Part shown: one piece after another, positions 1 through 8,215 of the stretch | Position numbering within the stretch: the first letter of the stretch is position 1 | How the letters are laid out: every line of letters begins with the position of its first letter | DNA from: an uncultured Gammaproteobacteria bacterium | Lineage (GTDB): Bacteria > Patescibacteriota > Microgenomatia > UM-FILTER-40-11 | NCBI GenBank assembly: GCA_964452885.1 | Contig: CAYVNK010000002.1 | Location: 1-32,046, forward strand | Length of the DNA stretch: 32,046 bases | Direction of reading: 5' to 3' | Program-made: the position numbers and the translations under genes | The notes under the pieces: generated by a model | Told to the model about the DNA's origin: nothing | Databases searched by the model: none | The model's input: only the letters and a program-made list of their open reading frames with translations

Positions 1-972
1 ACGATTGAGCCAAATGTCGGAGTAGTTGAAGTGCCTGATGGACGATTAAAGATTTTGGCGGAAATTGTGCATACTGAAAAAATAGTGCCCGCGATTGTGG
101 AATTTAAAGATATTGCCGGTTTGGTCGCCGGGGCTTCAAAAGGTGAGGGCTTGGGCAATAAATTTCTGTCGCATATTCGAGAAAGCGCGGCGATTGTTCA
201 TGTTTTGCGCGGATTTGAAGATCAAAATGTAGTGAGAAATGAACCGATAAATCCCCAAAGTGATTTTGAAATTGTTAAAACCGAACTTTGTTTAGCGGAT
301 TTGCAAACTTTGGAAAAACAACGCGAGCCAAACCTTTTGGTGGCGACAAAAGAAGAAAAGAAAAAATGGGAAACAATTTTAAGGTTAAGAGAGAGGTTGG
401 AAAGTGGACTGGAGATAAGAAACGAAAAGTGGGAGGAAGACGAATGGAAGGTTATCGAATCTCTGTTTTTACTAACAGCCAAACCGGCAATTTTTGTTTT
501 GAATATTGACGAGAAAGAAATAGAGACGGGGAAAGAGAAATTGGTGGAAAAATTCGGATTGCACGATTTGGGAGAAGTAATTCCGATTTGCGCCAAAATA
601 GAAATGGAGCTTTCCGATATTACGGAAAGTGAAAGATACGATTATTTAAAAGAACTTGGTCTTTTGGAAAGCGGGTTGAGCAAGCTCATTAAAAAAGGTT
701 ATGAAGTTTTGGGTTTGCAAACTTATTTGACGGCCGGAGAAAAAGAAGTCCGGGCCTGGACGATAAAAAAAGGAGCCAAAGCCCCGGAGGCGGCGGGAGT
801 GATTCATACTGATTTTGAGAAAGGGTTTATTAAAGCCGAAGTAGTCGGCTTTGAGGATTTTGTTCGATATAAAGGTTGGAAGGGCGCGGCGGAGGAGGGT
901 AAGGTGAGGTTGGAGGGGAAAGAGTACGTTGTACAGGAAAACGATATCATTGAATTTAAGTTTAATATTTAA
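1..972 (+). CDS. ychF: Ribosome-binding ATPase YchF/OLA1, 5'-truncated by the window edge
   Basis: Frame 1 is open from base 1 (TIEPNVGVVEVPDGRL...), upstream of the listed 31..972 ORF. The coiled-coil insert and TGS-type C-terminus (GVIHTDFEKGFIKAEV...GKVRLEGKEYVVQENDII) fit YchF. The N-terminal G motifs lie off-window. Confidence 0.9.
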   Translation, partial: TIEPNVGVVEVPDGRLKILAEIVHTEKIVPAIVEFKDIAGLVAGASKGEGLGNKFLSHIRESAAIVHVLRGFEDQNVVRNEPINPQSDFEIVKTELCLADLQTLEKQREPNLLVATKEEKKKWETILRLRERLESGLEIRNEKWEEDEWKVIESLFLLTAKPAIFVLNIDEKEIETGKEKLVEKFGLHDLGEVIPICAKIEMELSDITESERYDYLKELGLLESGLSKLIKKGYEVLGLQTYLTAGEKEVRAWTIKKGAKAPEAAGVIHTDFEKGFIKAEVVGFEDFVRYKGWKGAAEEGKVRLEGKEYVVQENDIIEFKFNI

Positions 973-975
973 TAA

Positions 976-1004
976 TTGACAATTTTCTCCTCAAAAGGTA
1001 AAAT
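976..1004 (+). promoter_or_regulatory. Sigma70-type promoter for the rpsF-ssb-rpsR operon
   Basis: TTGACA (976-981), 17 nt spacer, TAAAT-type -10 TAAAAT (999-1004). A leader of about 30 nt carries AGGA 8 nt before the rpsF ATG. Confidence 0.5.
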
Positions 1005-1036
1005 TAGAACCAGTAAAAAAGAATAGGAATTTTTTA

Positions 1037-1327
1037 ATGACTAAAACATACGAATTGGTAGTGATCTTGGATCCGGAATTAAAGACTGAGGAACAAGAAA
1101 AACTGCTTGCCAAAATCAAAAAAATAATTACGGATTTAGAGGGTAAGGTTTCTTCAACCAAAGAGTGGGGAAAGAAAGATTTAAGTTACTCAATTGCCAA
1201 GAAAAAGTCCGGAGTTTTTTATATTCTTAACATAGAAATTCCTCCTGCAGGAGTGGTTTCTTTGCGGCAAAAATTGTCTTTGGAAGAAAAGATTTTAAGA
1301 TATTTATTGGTTGTAAAGGAGGCCTAA
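1037..1327 (+). CDS. rpsF: 30S ribosomal protein S6
   Basis: 96 aa starting MTKTYELVVILDPEL. It heads the conserved rpsF-ssb-rpsR trio. Confidence 0.9.
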   Translation: MTKTYELVVILDPELKTEEQEKLLAKIKKIITDLEGKVSSTKEWGKKDLSYSIAKKKSGVFYILNIEIPPAGVVSLRQKLSLEEKILRYLLVVKEA

Positions 1328-1328
1328 A

Positions 1329-1856
1329 ATGTCTTCACGGTCACTTAATAAAGTTCAGCTCATCGGTAATTTAACCAGGGATCCGGAGTTAAGATATACT
1401 CCTCAAGGAACGGCGGTTTGTACTTTAGGCTTGGCTACCAATCGTTCCTGGACAACGGAGAACGGCGAAAAAAGAGAAGAAACGGAATTTCATCGGGTAG
1501 TTGCCTGGAATAAATTGGCCGAGCTCTGCTCCCAGCTTTTGTTTAAGGGCAGAAAAGTCTATGTTGAGGGCAGACTGCAGACCCGGACTTGGACGGCCCA
1601 GGATGGCAGTCAAAGACAGTCTACCGAAGTGGTGATTGAAGAAATGATTATTCTTGACAGCCGTCAGGCGGAAGGGGCGGTGACAGCCGCCGGCAGTGAG
1701 CCGGTAGCAGCCGAGCCAGCGGCGGAAGTGCCTCCGGTTCCCGAAGAAGCCGTATCTCCGGTACCAACCGAACCGACTAAAAAAGGGACCAAAACCGCTA
1801 AAACCGCCGCTAAAGAAGAAAGCACTGATTTACAAGTCGGAGATATTCCGTTTTAA
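1329..1856 (+). CDS. ssb: Single-stranded DNA-binding protein
   Basis: OB-fold N-terminus (LNKVQLIGNLTRDPELRYTPQG...FHRVVAWNKLAE), Pro/Ala/Glu-rich linker and C-terminal DIPF tip. The ATG lies 1 nt after the rpsF stop. Confidence 0.9.
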   Translation: MSSRSLNKVQLIGNLTRDPELRYTPQGTAVCTLGLATNRSWTTENGEKREETEFHRVVAWNKLAELCSQLLFKGRKVYVEGRLQTRTWTAQDGSQRQSTEVVIEEMIILDSRQAEGAVTAAGSEPVAAEPAAEVPPVPEEAVSPVPTEPTKKGTKTAKTAAKEESTDLQVGDIPF

Positions 1857-1864
1857 ATTAAAAG

Positions 1865-2110
1865 ATGTATAAAGGACGACAAATAATAAAAAGATTGAAA
1901 ATTGTCCCGAGAAATTGCCCGTTTTGCAAAAGTAAGACTAAACCGGATTTTAAAGAGCCAGAGATATTAAAAAATTATTTATCCGAAAGAGCAAAAATTA
2001 TTGGCAAAGATCGGACAGGTATTTGCTCAAAGCACCAAAGGCGGTTGGCTCAAGGAATTAAAAGGGCGAGATTTTTAGGGCTTCTTCCTTTTACGGTTCA
2101 AGTGAGGTAA
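1865..2110 (+). CDS. rpsR: 30S ribosomal protein S18
   Basis: 81 aa with the S18 core DRTGICSKHQRRLAQGIKRARFLGLLPF. Confidence 0.9.
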   Translation: MYKGRQIIKRLKIVPRNCPFCKSKTKPDFKEPEILKNYLSERAKIIGKDRTGICSKHQRRLAQGIKRARFLGLLPFTVQVR

Positions 2111-2123
2111 AATTTTCTTTAGC

Positions 2124-3380
2124 ATGAAACTAACCTTAAAACAGATTAGGAGTTTTTTTATTGGACTGATTATTCTTCTGTTAGGTGGGTTTTTAGGTTA
2201 TTTTGCTTCGCAAAAACAGATTTTTGTCAAAAGGAATTCTTCTTCAATTTCCAATGACCTTAAACTGAATTTTTCTTCCCTTAAACCGGCAGCGAAGATG
2301 GATCTTTTTTGGGAAGTTTGGGACAAAGTTTCCCAGTCCTATTTGGGGAGAAAAGATCTTGATCCCAAAAAAATGGTTTACGGGGCAATTTCCGGAATGG
2401 TAGCGTCATTGGGCGATCCCTACACGGTTTTTTTACCACCCTCGGACAATAAAGAGGTTAAAGCGGACCTGCGGGGTGATTTTGAGGGTGTGGGAATTCA
2501 AATCGGTTTCAACAAAGATCAAAGGGTGACGGTAATTGCTCCTCTGGCCGGAACGCCGGCAGATGCGGCGGGGTTAAAATCAGGGGATGTGATTTTAAAA
2601 ATTGTTGATGTTGCTCAAAAGGTTAACAAAGATACGGCCGGGATGGCTCTTCAAGATGCGGTAGATTTAATCCGCGGCGCTAAAGGAACTTCGGTAACAT
2701 TAACTATCGGCAGAGAAGGGTTAAACAAACCTTTTGATGTTAATTTAAAGAGAGAAACCATTGTGGTCAAAAGCGTTAATGTTAAGTTTGTGGAAAAAGA
2801 AGGAAAAGAAGTCGCAATTTTAACTCTTTCCCGGTTCGGTGACCGGACTGACGATGAGTGGGCCGAAGCCGTTAAAACCATCAAGGCAGAGGAAGCAAAA
2901 AAACCAAATTTTAGCGGTGTTATTTTAAATTTAAGAAATAACCCGGGCGGGTATTTGGACGGGGCGGTTTTTATCGGTAGCGAGTTTTTGTCTTCCGGCC
3001 CAGTGGTTTTACAGGATAGGGGAGCGGACGGTAAGGAGACCTATTCCGTTAACCGCCAGGGACAGCTTTTGCGCGAACCTTTAATAGTTCTTATTAACGG
3101 CGGCTCGGCTTCCGCTTCGGAAATTGTGGCCGGCGCTTTACAGGAAGCCAAGAGAGCCAAACTGGTAGGTGAAAAAAGTTTTGGTAAGGGTACGGTTCAG
3201 GAAGCTCAAGATTTAGAAGGGGGAGCAGGTTTGCACGTCACTGTGGCCCGTTGGTTGACTCCTTCAGGAAAGTCAATTGACAAAGAAGGAATAAAACCTG
3301 ACTTTGAAGTCAAGCCGGAGGAAAAAGACCAAACTAAAGATTTACAAATGCAAAAAGCAATCGATTTGTTGATGAGATAG
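2124..3380 (+). CDS. S41-family C-terminal processing peptidase with PDZ domain, membrane anchored
   Basis: N-terminal TM helix, PDZ segment (GTPADAAGLKSGDVILKI) and S41 catalytic block (NPGGYL...INGGSASASEIVAGALQE...GEKSFGKGTVQ). Confidence 0.85.
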   Translation: MKLTLKQIRSFFIGLIILLLGGFLGYFASQKQIFVKRNSSSISNDLKLNFSSLKPAAKMDLFWEVWDKVSQSYLGRKDLDPKKMVYGAISGMVASLGDPYTVFLPPSDNKEVKADLRGDFEGVGIQIGFNKDQRVTVIAPLAGTPADAAGLKSGDVILKIVDVAQKVNKDTAGMALQDAVDLIRGAKGTSVTLTIGREGLNKPFDVNLKRETIVVKSVNVKFVEKEGKEVAILTLSRFGDRTDDEWAEAVKTIKAEEAKKPNFSGVILNLRNNPGGYLDGAVFIGSEFLSSGPVVLQDRGADGKETYSVNRQGQLLREPLIVLINGGSASASEIVAGALQEAKRAKLVGEKSFGKGTVQEAQDLEGGAGLHVTVARWLTPSGKSIDKEGIKPDFEVKPEEKDQTKDLQMQKAIDLLMR

Positions 3381-3390
3381 ACTTTAGAAG

Positions 3391-4551
3391 ATGATAAAAA
3401 AATTATTGAAACTCATCATTTTTTTGATAATAGTGATGGCGGCGGTAGTCGGCGGGGATATTTTTGAACGTGCCTTTGGATTTAGGCTGGCAGACAAGAT
3501 TTTCCCCCAAAAAGCTCCGTTAAAGGAAACGATTGTCCAAAGAAGAGTCTTAAACGAAGAATCGGTGGTGACAGAGGTAGTTGAGAAATGCGGTTCCTCG
3601 GTGGTGACGGTGGGAATTAAAAAGACAGAAAAAGTTTTTAATCCCTTTGAAGATTTTTTTGATCCCTTTGGCTTCTTTAATATTTCCAAACAGACACCAA
3701 AGGAGCAAAAAATTGAGCAAGATATTGGCAGCGGGTTTGTGGTTGCCAAAGACGGCCTGATTGTAACTAATAAACACGTTGTGTCTGACACCTCAGCCCA
3801 ATACCGCGTTTTTACTAAAGATAACCAGTTGTATGAAGTACAAAAAATTTATCGAGATCCGGTAAATGACCTGGCAATTTTGAAAATAGATGCTTCTAAA
3901 GACGGATTAAAACCGGTCGAACTAGGTGACTCTTCAAATTTGAAAGTGGGACAGTTTGTCATCGCTATCGGCGCGGCCTTGGGCGAATTTAGAAACACGG
4001 TGACCACTGGGGTTATTTCTGGTTTAGGAAGAACAATTTCTGCCGGCAGTCCTTTTCAGGGAGTAGAAAATTTAGATAACGTGATTCAAACAGATGCGGC
4101 CATTAATCCCGGGAACTCCGGTGGGCCGCTTTTAAATTCATTAGGTCAGGTAATTGGCGTTAATGTGGCTGTTGCCTCCGGGGCGCAAAATATTGGCTTT
4201 ACTCTACCAATAAACACGGTCAAGGAAACTCTTGATAACTTTAACAAGACCGGTCAGTTTTCCCGGCCGTTTTTAGGATTGAGATATCGGGATATTGAAG
4301 CCAAAGAAGCCATTACCAAAGGTTGGGTTGAAGGAGCGGGGGTGGTAGAAGTAGTTTCCGGCTCGCCGGCAGAAAGCGGCGGTATCAAGGTTGGGGATAT
4401 TATTACTAAAATTGACAATGAAAAAATTACTACCAAAAATCCTCTATCGAGTGTTGTTAGCAAAAAAAAGGTAGGACAAGAAATTAAAGTGACTGTTTGG
4501 CGGGATGGCTCGGAAGCAACTTTAACTGTAGTTCTTAAAGAAACTAGTTAA
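3391..4551 (+). CDS. HtrA/DegP-family trypsin-like serine protease with C-terminal PDZ domain
   Basis: TM anchor; catalytic-triad contexts TNKHVV, NDLAILKI and GNSGGPLL; PDZ segment (GSPAESGGIKVGDIITKID). Confidence 0.85.
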   Translation: MIKKLLKLIIFLIIVMAAVVGGDIFERAFGFRLADKIFPQKAPLKETIVQRRVLNEESVVTEVVEKCGSSVVTVGIKKTEKVFNPFEDFFDPFGFFNISKQTPKEQKIEQDIGSGFVVAKDGLIVTNKHVVSDTSAQYRVFTKDNQLYEVQKIYRDPVNDLAILKIDASKDGLKPVELGDSSNLKVGQFVIAIGAALGEFRNTVTTGVISGLGRTISAGSPFQGVENLDNVIQTDAAINPGNSGGPLLNSLGQVIGVNVAVASGAQNIGFTLPINTVKETLDNFNKTGQFSRPFLGLRYRDIEAKEAITKGWVEGAGVVEVVSGSPAESGGIKVGDIITKIDNEKITTKNPLSSVVSKKKVGQEIKVTVWRDGSEATLTVVLKETS

Positions 4552-5239
4552 GGGGTTTCAATTCTTCAAACAATTTGTCGAGTTTGCCTTCCATGATATT
4601 TTCAATTTGGTGAAAAGATTTATTGATTCGGTGATCGGTAACACGGTCTTGGGTAAAATTGTAGGTTCTGATTTTTTCGTTGCGCATGGCTCGGCCAATA
4701 ATGGCTCTTTGATCACCTAAAGCTTTAATTCTTTTATCTTCTTCCAAGTCCCAAAGCTTGGCCCTTAAGATAGAAAGAGCGTTAGCCCGGTTTTGCTCCT
4801 GAAATCTTTCCGATTGGGCGGTGACCACAATGCCTGTTGGAATATGTTTTAATCTGACAGCAGTTGATACTTTTTGGACATTTTGTCCACCCTTGGAAGA
4901 AGAACGGTAAAATTGCATTTCAATATCTTCTTGTCTTAAATTTACTTCCTGTTCAGGAATTTCTGCCAAAACAGCGACCGAAGCGGTAGAAGTGTGAATC
5001 CGGCCTCTTTTTTCGGTTTCCGGGACTCTTTGAACGCGGTGAACGCCGGCTTCGTGTTTTAGCGTGTCAAACGCGCCTTGTCCGGAAATTTTAATAACGC
5101 CCTCGTCAATGTAAGTGACTTTCCAGTTTTTGAAAGCGGCATATTTGGCATACATCCGAAGCAAGTCTGCCACCCAAAGTCTGGCTTCATCGCCACCGGG
5201 TCCGGGGCGAATTTCCAGAGTGACAACATTTAAATTCAT
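4544..5239 (-). CDS. prfA: Class I peptide chain release factor, RF1-like, lacking the N-terminal domain 1 (231 aa)
   Basis: GGQ motif (SSKGGQNVQKVSTAVRLKHIPTGIVV). RF1-type recognition loop VHRVQRVPETEKRGRIHTS (PxT-like PET, not the SPF of RF2). C-terminal YNFTQDRVTDHRI. The protein begins at the block equivalent to LEIRAGxGGxEA. Confidence 0.8.
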   Translation of the reverse strand: MNLNVVTLEIRPGPGGDEARLWVADLLRMYAKYAAFKNWKVTYIDEGVIKISGQGAFDTLKHEAGVHRVQRVPETEKRGRIHTSTASVAVLAEIPEQEVNLRQEDIEMQFYRSSSKGGQNVQKVSTAVRLKHIPTGIVVTAQSERFQEQNRANALSILRAKLWDLEEDKRIKALGDQRAIIGRAMRNEKIRTYNFTQDRVTDHRINKSFHQIENIMEGKLDKLFEELKPLN

Positions 5240-5270
5240 GTAAGAATTTAGAAATTAGAGCAATTAAAAA

Positions 5271-5585
5271 TTAGGATTTTCGAGTGAGCATCTCTTTAAA
5301 AGTCTTTGGCCTTTGGTCTTCCAACTTGGCTTCTTCAATTTTCTTCTGCAGTTTCTTTTTCTTTTTACTGACTAAGTTGGTGACTGCCGCCGCTTTTCTC
5401 TTTTGGAACTTTTCCACCCGGCCCAAAGAATCCACAAATTTTTGCTGTCCGGTAAAAAATGGGTGACAAGCAGAGCAAACATCTACCCGAATTTCTTCTT
5501 TAGTCGAACCAACCGTAAAACTATTGCCGCAGGTACAGGAAACCTTGGCGTTAGGAAACCACTTAGGATGAATGTCATTCTTCAT
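5271..5585 (-). CDS. rpmE: 50S ribosomal protein L31 (Zn-ribbon type) with a Lys-rich C-terminal extension
   Basis: MKNDIHPKW..., CTCG...[10 protein letters not shown] cysteine pairs. At 104 aa it has roughly 35 extra C-terminal residues ([12 protein letters not shown]...). Confidence 0.9.
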   Translation of the reverse strand: MKNDIHPKWFPNAKVSCTCGNSFTVGSTKEEIRVDVCSACHPFFTGQQKFVDSLGRVEKFQKRKAAAVTNLVSKKKKKLQKKIEEAKLEDQRPKTFKEMLTRKS

Positions 5586-5591
5586 GAGAAT

Positions 5592-5620
5592 ATTGTACCA
5601 AAAAATTAGAGTTAATTCAA
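5592..5620 (-). promoter_or_regulatory. Promoter for rpmE-prfA, predicted leaderless
   Basis: On the minus strand: TTGAAT (5620-5615), 17 nt, TACAAT (5597-5592), 6 nt, ATG (5585). The -35 lies in the last hisS codons. Confidence 0.45.
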
Positions 5621-6880
5621 CCTCAGAATTTTGAAAAGCTCTGACTCAAAAACTGACTTTTGGACGCCATTTTTTAAGCTCTTGAGAGTGAAAGTCTTAT
5701 TCTTGATTTCATCGGGGCCAATGATTAGAACATAAGGAATTTTTTTATTGTCGGCATATTTTATTTGTTTGGCAAGTTTATCTTCAGAGTTTAAATAAAG
5801 GTCGCAATTTATTTTTTCCGTTCGTAATTCTTGGGCCACGGCGATTGATTTTTCCAAAAGTTCTTGAGAAAAAACAGTGACGAGAACTTTGGCCGGATTG
5901 ACTAAGAGTGTCGGGAACTTACCATTGGCCTTAAGAATTTCGGCAATAACCATATCTCCCATAGCAAAGCCCACGCCGGGAATTCTAGTTTTTCCTCCCA
6001 CTTCTGCGGTTAAATTATCATAACGGCCGCCGCCCCAAATTGATCTGAATTGTCCCTTAATGTCCCAACCCTCAAAAACCGTTCGGGTATAATAATCCAG
6101 TCCGCGGACAATGGCCGGGTCATATTCGGCAAAATCCGCTACACCATACTTTTTTAACAGTTCAAAAATCCTAACCAACCAAGGTGATTTAAGATAGGCA
6201 TTTTTTTCCGAAAGTATTTGGATGATTGAATTCCGCTGGTCAAGAATCAAGCCAATTTCTTCCGCCATTTCCAGAAAAACCCCTTCTTCAACTTTGCCTT
6301 TTTTATCTATCAGTCGGAAAACAGGAATAATTTTCTCTTCGGCAATTCCCAAAGAAAGAATTTTTTCCTGAAGTAATCTGCGGTCGTTTATTTTAATTTT
6401 TACCTCTGATGGAGTCAGTCCAAGTTTTTGATATAAAGTGGCGGCGATGGCGATGACTTCCGCGTCCGCTTCCAGATTTTCCTGCCCAAAAATATCACAA
6501 TCCCACTGAAAAAATTCCCTGGCCCTGCCTTTTTGCGGTTGCTCGTAGCGGAAGCGGCGGCCGAAAGTAAACCATTTGACCGGGAAAGTGAGCGAGCCGG
6601 CTTTTTGGGCCACCATCCGGGCCAGAGTGGGGGTTATTTCCGGTCTTAAGGCTAAAACTTTTCCTGATTTGTCGGTTAAAGTAAAGGCCTGTTTTTTTAC
6701 CAGTTCTTCCCCTGATTTGGCGGCATATAAAGCCAAAGTTTCCAGAGTCGGACCCTCGTATTCCTCAAAACCAAACAACTTAGAAACTTCTTTTACTTTT
6801 TCGTAAAACCACATTTCAAAAGCCCAATCTTCCGGGTAAAAATCACGTGTGCCTTTAACCGGTTGAATTAAATCTGCCAT
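5612..6880 (-). CDS. hisS: Histidine--tRNA ligase
   Basis: 422 aa with class II motifs ([45 protein letters not shown]) and an anticodon-binding C-terminus. Confidence 0.92.
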   Translation of the reverse strand: MADLIQPVKGTRDFYPEDWAFEMWFYEKVKEVSKLFGFEEYEGPTLETLALYAAKSGEELVKKQAFTLTDKSGKVLALRPEITPTLARMVAQKAGSLTFPVKWFTFGRRFRYEQPQKGRAREFFQWDCDIFGQENLEADAEVIAIAATLYQKLGLTPSEVKIKINDRRLLQEKILSLGIAEEKIIPVFRLIDKKGKVEEGVFLEMAEEIGLILDQRNSIIQILSEKNAYLKSPWLVRIFELLKKYGVADFAEYDPAIVRGLDYYTRTVFEGWDIKGQFRSIWGGGRYDNLTAEVGGKTRIPGVGFAMGDMVIAEILKANGKFPTLLVNPAKVLVTVFSQELLEKSIAVAQELRTEKINCDLYLNSEDKLAKQIKYADNKKIPYVLIIGPDEIKNKTFTLKSLKNGVQKSVFESELFKILRLN

Positions 6881-6886
6881 ATTTTC

Positions 6887-6915
6887 ATGATATCATTTCA
6901 AAAAAATATTAACAA
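6887..6915 (-). promoter_or_regulatory. Promoter for hisS, predicted leaderless
   Basis: On the minus strand: TTGTTA (6915-6910), 17 nt, extended -10 TGATATCAT (6895-6887), 6 nt, ATG (6880). There is no SD and no room for a T-box leader. Confidence 0.45.
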
Positions 6916-6917
6916 TA

Positions 6918-6939
6918 AAACCAGCTTTTTGGCTGGTTT
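6918..6939 (-). terminator. Intrinsic terminator after the two secreted-protein genes
   Basis: 8-bp stem AAACCAGC/GCTGGTTT with a 6-nt loop. On the minus strand it is followed by TTTTATTGTTAATATTTTTTT, 27 nt downstream of the 6966 stop. Confidence 0.5.
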
Positions 6940-6965
6940 ACATACTTTTTTCGCTTGAGGGGGGA

Positions 6966-7718
6966 TTAGGGCAAAATGAAGACGGATTTGGCAATGGCGG
7001 CTTTTCCCAAGCCCGGCTCAAAATAAATCACGAAAACTTTTTGTCCTTCTTTTAAATCCTTAAACTTAGGCGAAGACTTAAGATCTGATTGAAGAGTGAA
7101 GTAAGTGTCTTTATTGATAGTAATAATGCTGGCGATAGCGTTATCTTCTTTGACGGGGGAAAGTGTAATTTGGGAATTTTTAGTGTCAATAGTTAAAATT
7201 TTACCAAAGGTGACAATTCTTTTGGCCACCGGAGTTGGGGGGGGCAAAACGACAATCACTCTTTTGGCGGCCAGAATTTCGTCATCACCGACCGTTCCCA
7301 TGGCAATCACTTTATTGTCCAGAGCCAAATCGCCGATTTTAATTTCCTTCTTGTTGGCGGCAATAATGGTCGTATCCTCAGTAATCCTGATTCTTTGCTT
7401 CCCGCGGAAGTTGTTTAAAGTAATGGTAGAATCAGTAATTTGGGAGATTATTCCCACAAAAGCTTTTTTCTCAATGTTTGCTTTAATTTGGTCGACTTGT
7501 TCTTTAATTGCATCACGGATTACTTTTACGTTTTCATCGACACTAACAGTGGGCGTTAATGAACCGGATGGAGTAGCCGTAGTATTGGTAGGTTTAGGTG
7601 ATGGAGTTGTCGAAATCGCAATAACTTTGGTTGTCGATAACAGAAAGAACATTAACAAAAAAGAAAACAAAAAGCATCTTTGATATTTGATCTTTGATAT
7701 TTGATTTATGGTTATCAT
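6966..7718 (-). CDS. Secreted protein of unknown function with two beta-rich repeats
   Basis: Signal peptide (KIKYQR, hydrophobic core, VIA-IS), Thr/Pro/Ser linker, two similar modules (ITEDTTIIA...; INKDTYFTL...). ATGA overlap with the upstream gene stop. Confidence 0.6.
   Translation of the reverse strand: MITINQISKIKYQRCFLFSFLLMFFLLSTTKVIAISTTPSPKPTNTTATPSGSLTPTVSVDENVKVIRDAIKEQVDQIKANIEKKAFVGIISQITDSTITLNNFRGKQRIRITEDTTIIAANKKEIKIGDLALDNKVIAMGTVGDDEILAAKRVIVVLPPPTPVAKRIVTFGKILTIDTKNSQITLSPVKEDNAIASIITINKDTYFTLQSDLKSSPKFKDLKEGQKVFVIYFEPGLGKAAIAKSVFILP
7676..7703. repeat. Perfect 14-bp tandem duplication (ATCTTTGATATTTG x2) inside codons 6-15 of the 6966..7718 gene
   Basis: Units at 7676-7689 and 7690-7703 are identical. 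The unit length is not a multiple of 3. Confidence 0.9.
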
Positions 7719-8146
7719 ATTTCTACTGTACTAAAAACAACGGTCACGATTTTGCTTATTTTTTCTCCGATTTCGGAAATTGCCTGGACCTCAATTTCGT
7801 TTTCCCCGGAAACGAGTAACATTTCCGTTTCAAAATTTCCCTTTAAATCCGCTTGTAAAACTTTTTCTCCCTTTTCTCCCATAATAATAACCCAGGATTG
7901 AGGAGTAGTAGTTCCGGAAACAGCCACCTTACCTTCTTTAATAATTGATTGGTCCGCCGGGGCGGAAAGAGCGAGAGTTTGGGTAGCGATAGGACCGGCC
8001 GTGGGTTTATTTTCCTCTTCTGATGCTTGCGGAGTTTGAATTTTACCGGCTTCATTAAGCGATTTTTGGGCGTTAAAAATACCGAAAGTAGCCATTAATC
8101 CCACGCCAAAACCGATAACAATTGCCAGAATGACTTCTTTCTTCAT
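7715..8146 (-). CDS. Membrane-anchored extracytoplasmic protein of unknown function
   Basis: I chose the ATG at 8146 (MKKEVILAIVIGFGVGLM...) over the TTG at 8164, because a promoter -10 sits 7 nt upstream of this ATG. One N-terminal TM helix, then a beta-rich domain. Confidence 0.6.
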   Translation of the reverse strand: MKKEVILAIVIGFGVGLMATFGIFNAQKSLNEAGKIQTPQASEEENKPTAGPIATQTLALSAPADQSIIKEGKVAVSGTTTPQSWVIIMGEKGEKVLQADLKGNFETEMLLVSGENEIEVQAISEIGEKISKIVTVVFSTVEI

Positions 8147-8153
8147 GCACCAT

Positions 8154-8182
8154 ATCTTAGGCAAAAATCCTCATCTTGTCAA
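8154..8182 (-). promoter_or_regulatory. Promoter for the 8146 gene, predicted leaderless
   Basis: On the minus strand: TTGACA (8182-8177), 17 nt, TAAGAT (8159-8154), 7 nt, ATG (8146). Confidence 0.45.
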
Positions 8183-8204
8183 GGCGAGTAGTGGATGATA
8201 TTAT
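8176..8204 (+). promoter_or_regulatory. Promoter for the MBL-hydrolase/dnaB operon
   Basis: TTGTCA (8176-8181), 17 nt, TATTAT (8199-8204), 11 nt, ATG (8216). Its -35 overlaps the divergent promoter's -35. Confidence 0.45.
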
Positions 8205-8215
8205 TAAATCCGAAT

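Noticed and set aside
4544-4551. Convergent genes overlapping or abutting at their 3' ends with no terminator (htrA/prfA overlap by 8 nt; 11718/11721; 22094/22104)
   Set aside because: The observation is real, but it is an expected result of genome compaction. There is no evidence of a specific regulatory role.
4544-5270. Possible RF2 (prfB) with a programmed +1 frameshift explaining the short release factor
   Set aside because: The recognition loop is RF1-type (PET), not SPF. Only 31 nt separate the ORF start from the rpmE stop, so no upstream frame-0 segment can exist.
7105-7683. 192-aa ORF on the + strand
   Set aside because: It lies entirely antisense to the better-supported secreted-protein gene (6966..7718). 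Its sequence is low-complexity and hydrophobic, with no start context. This is a typical shadow ORF.
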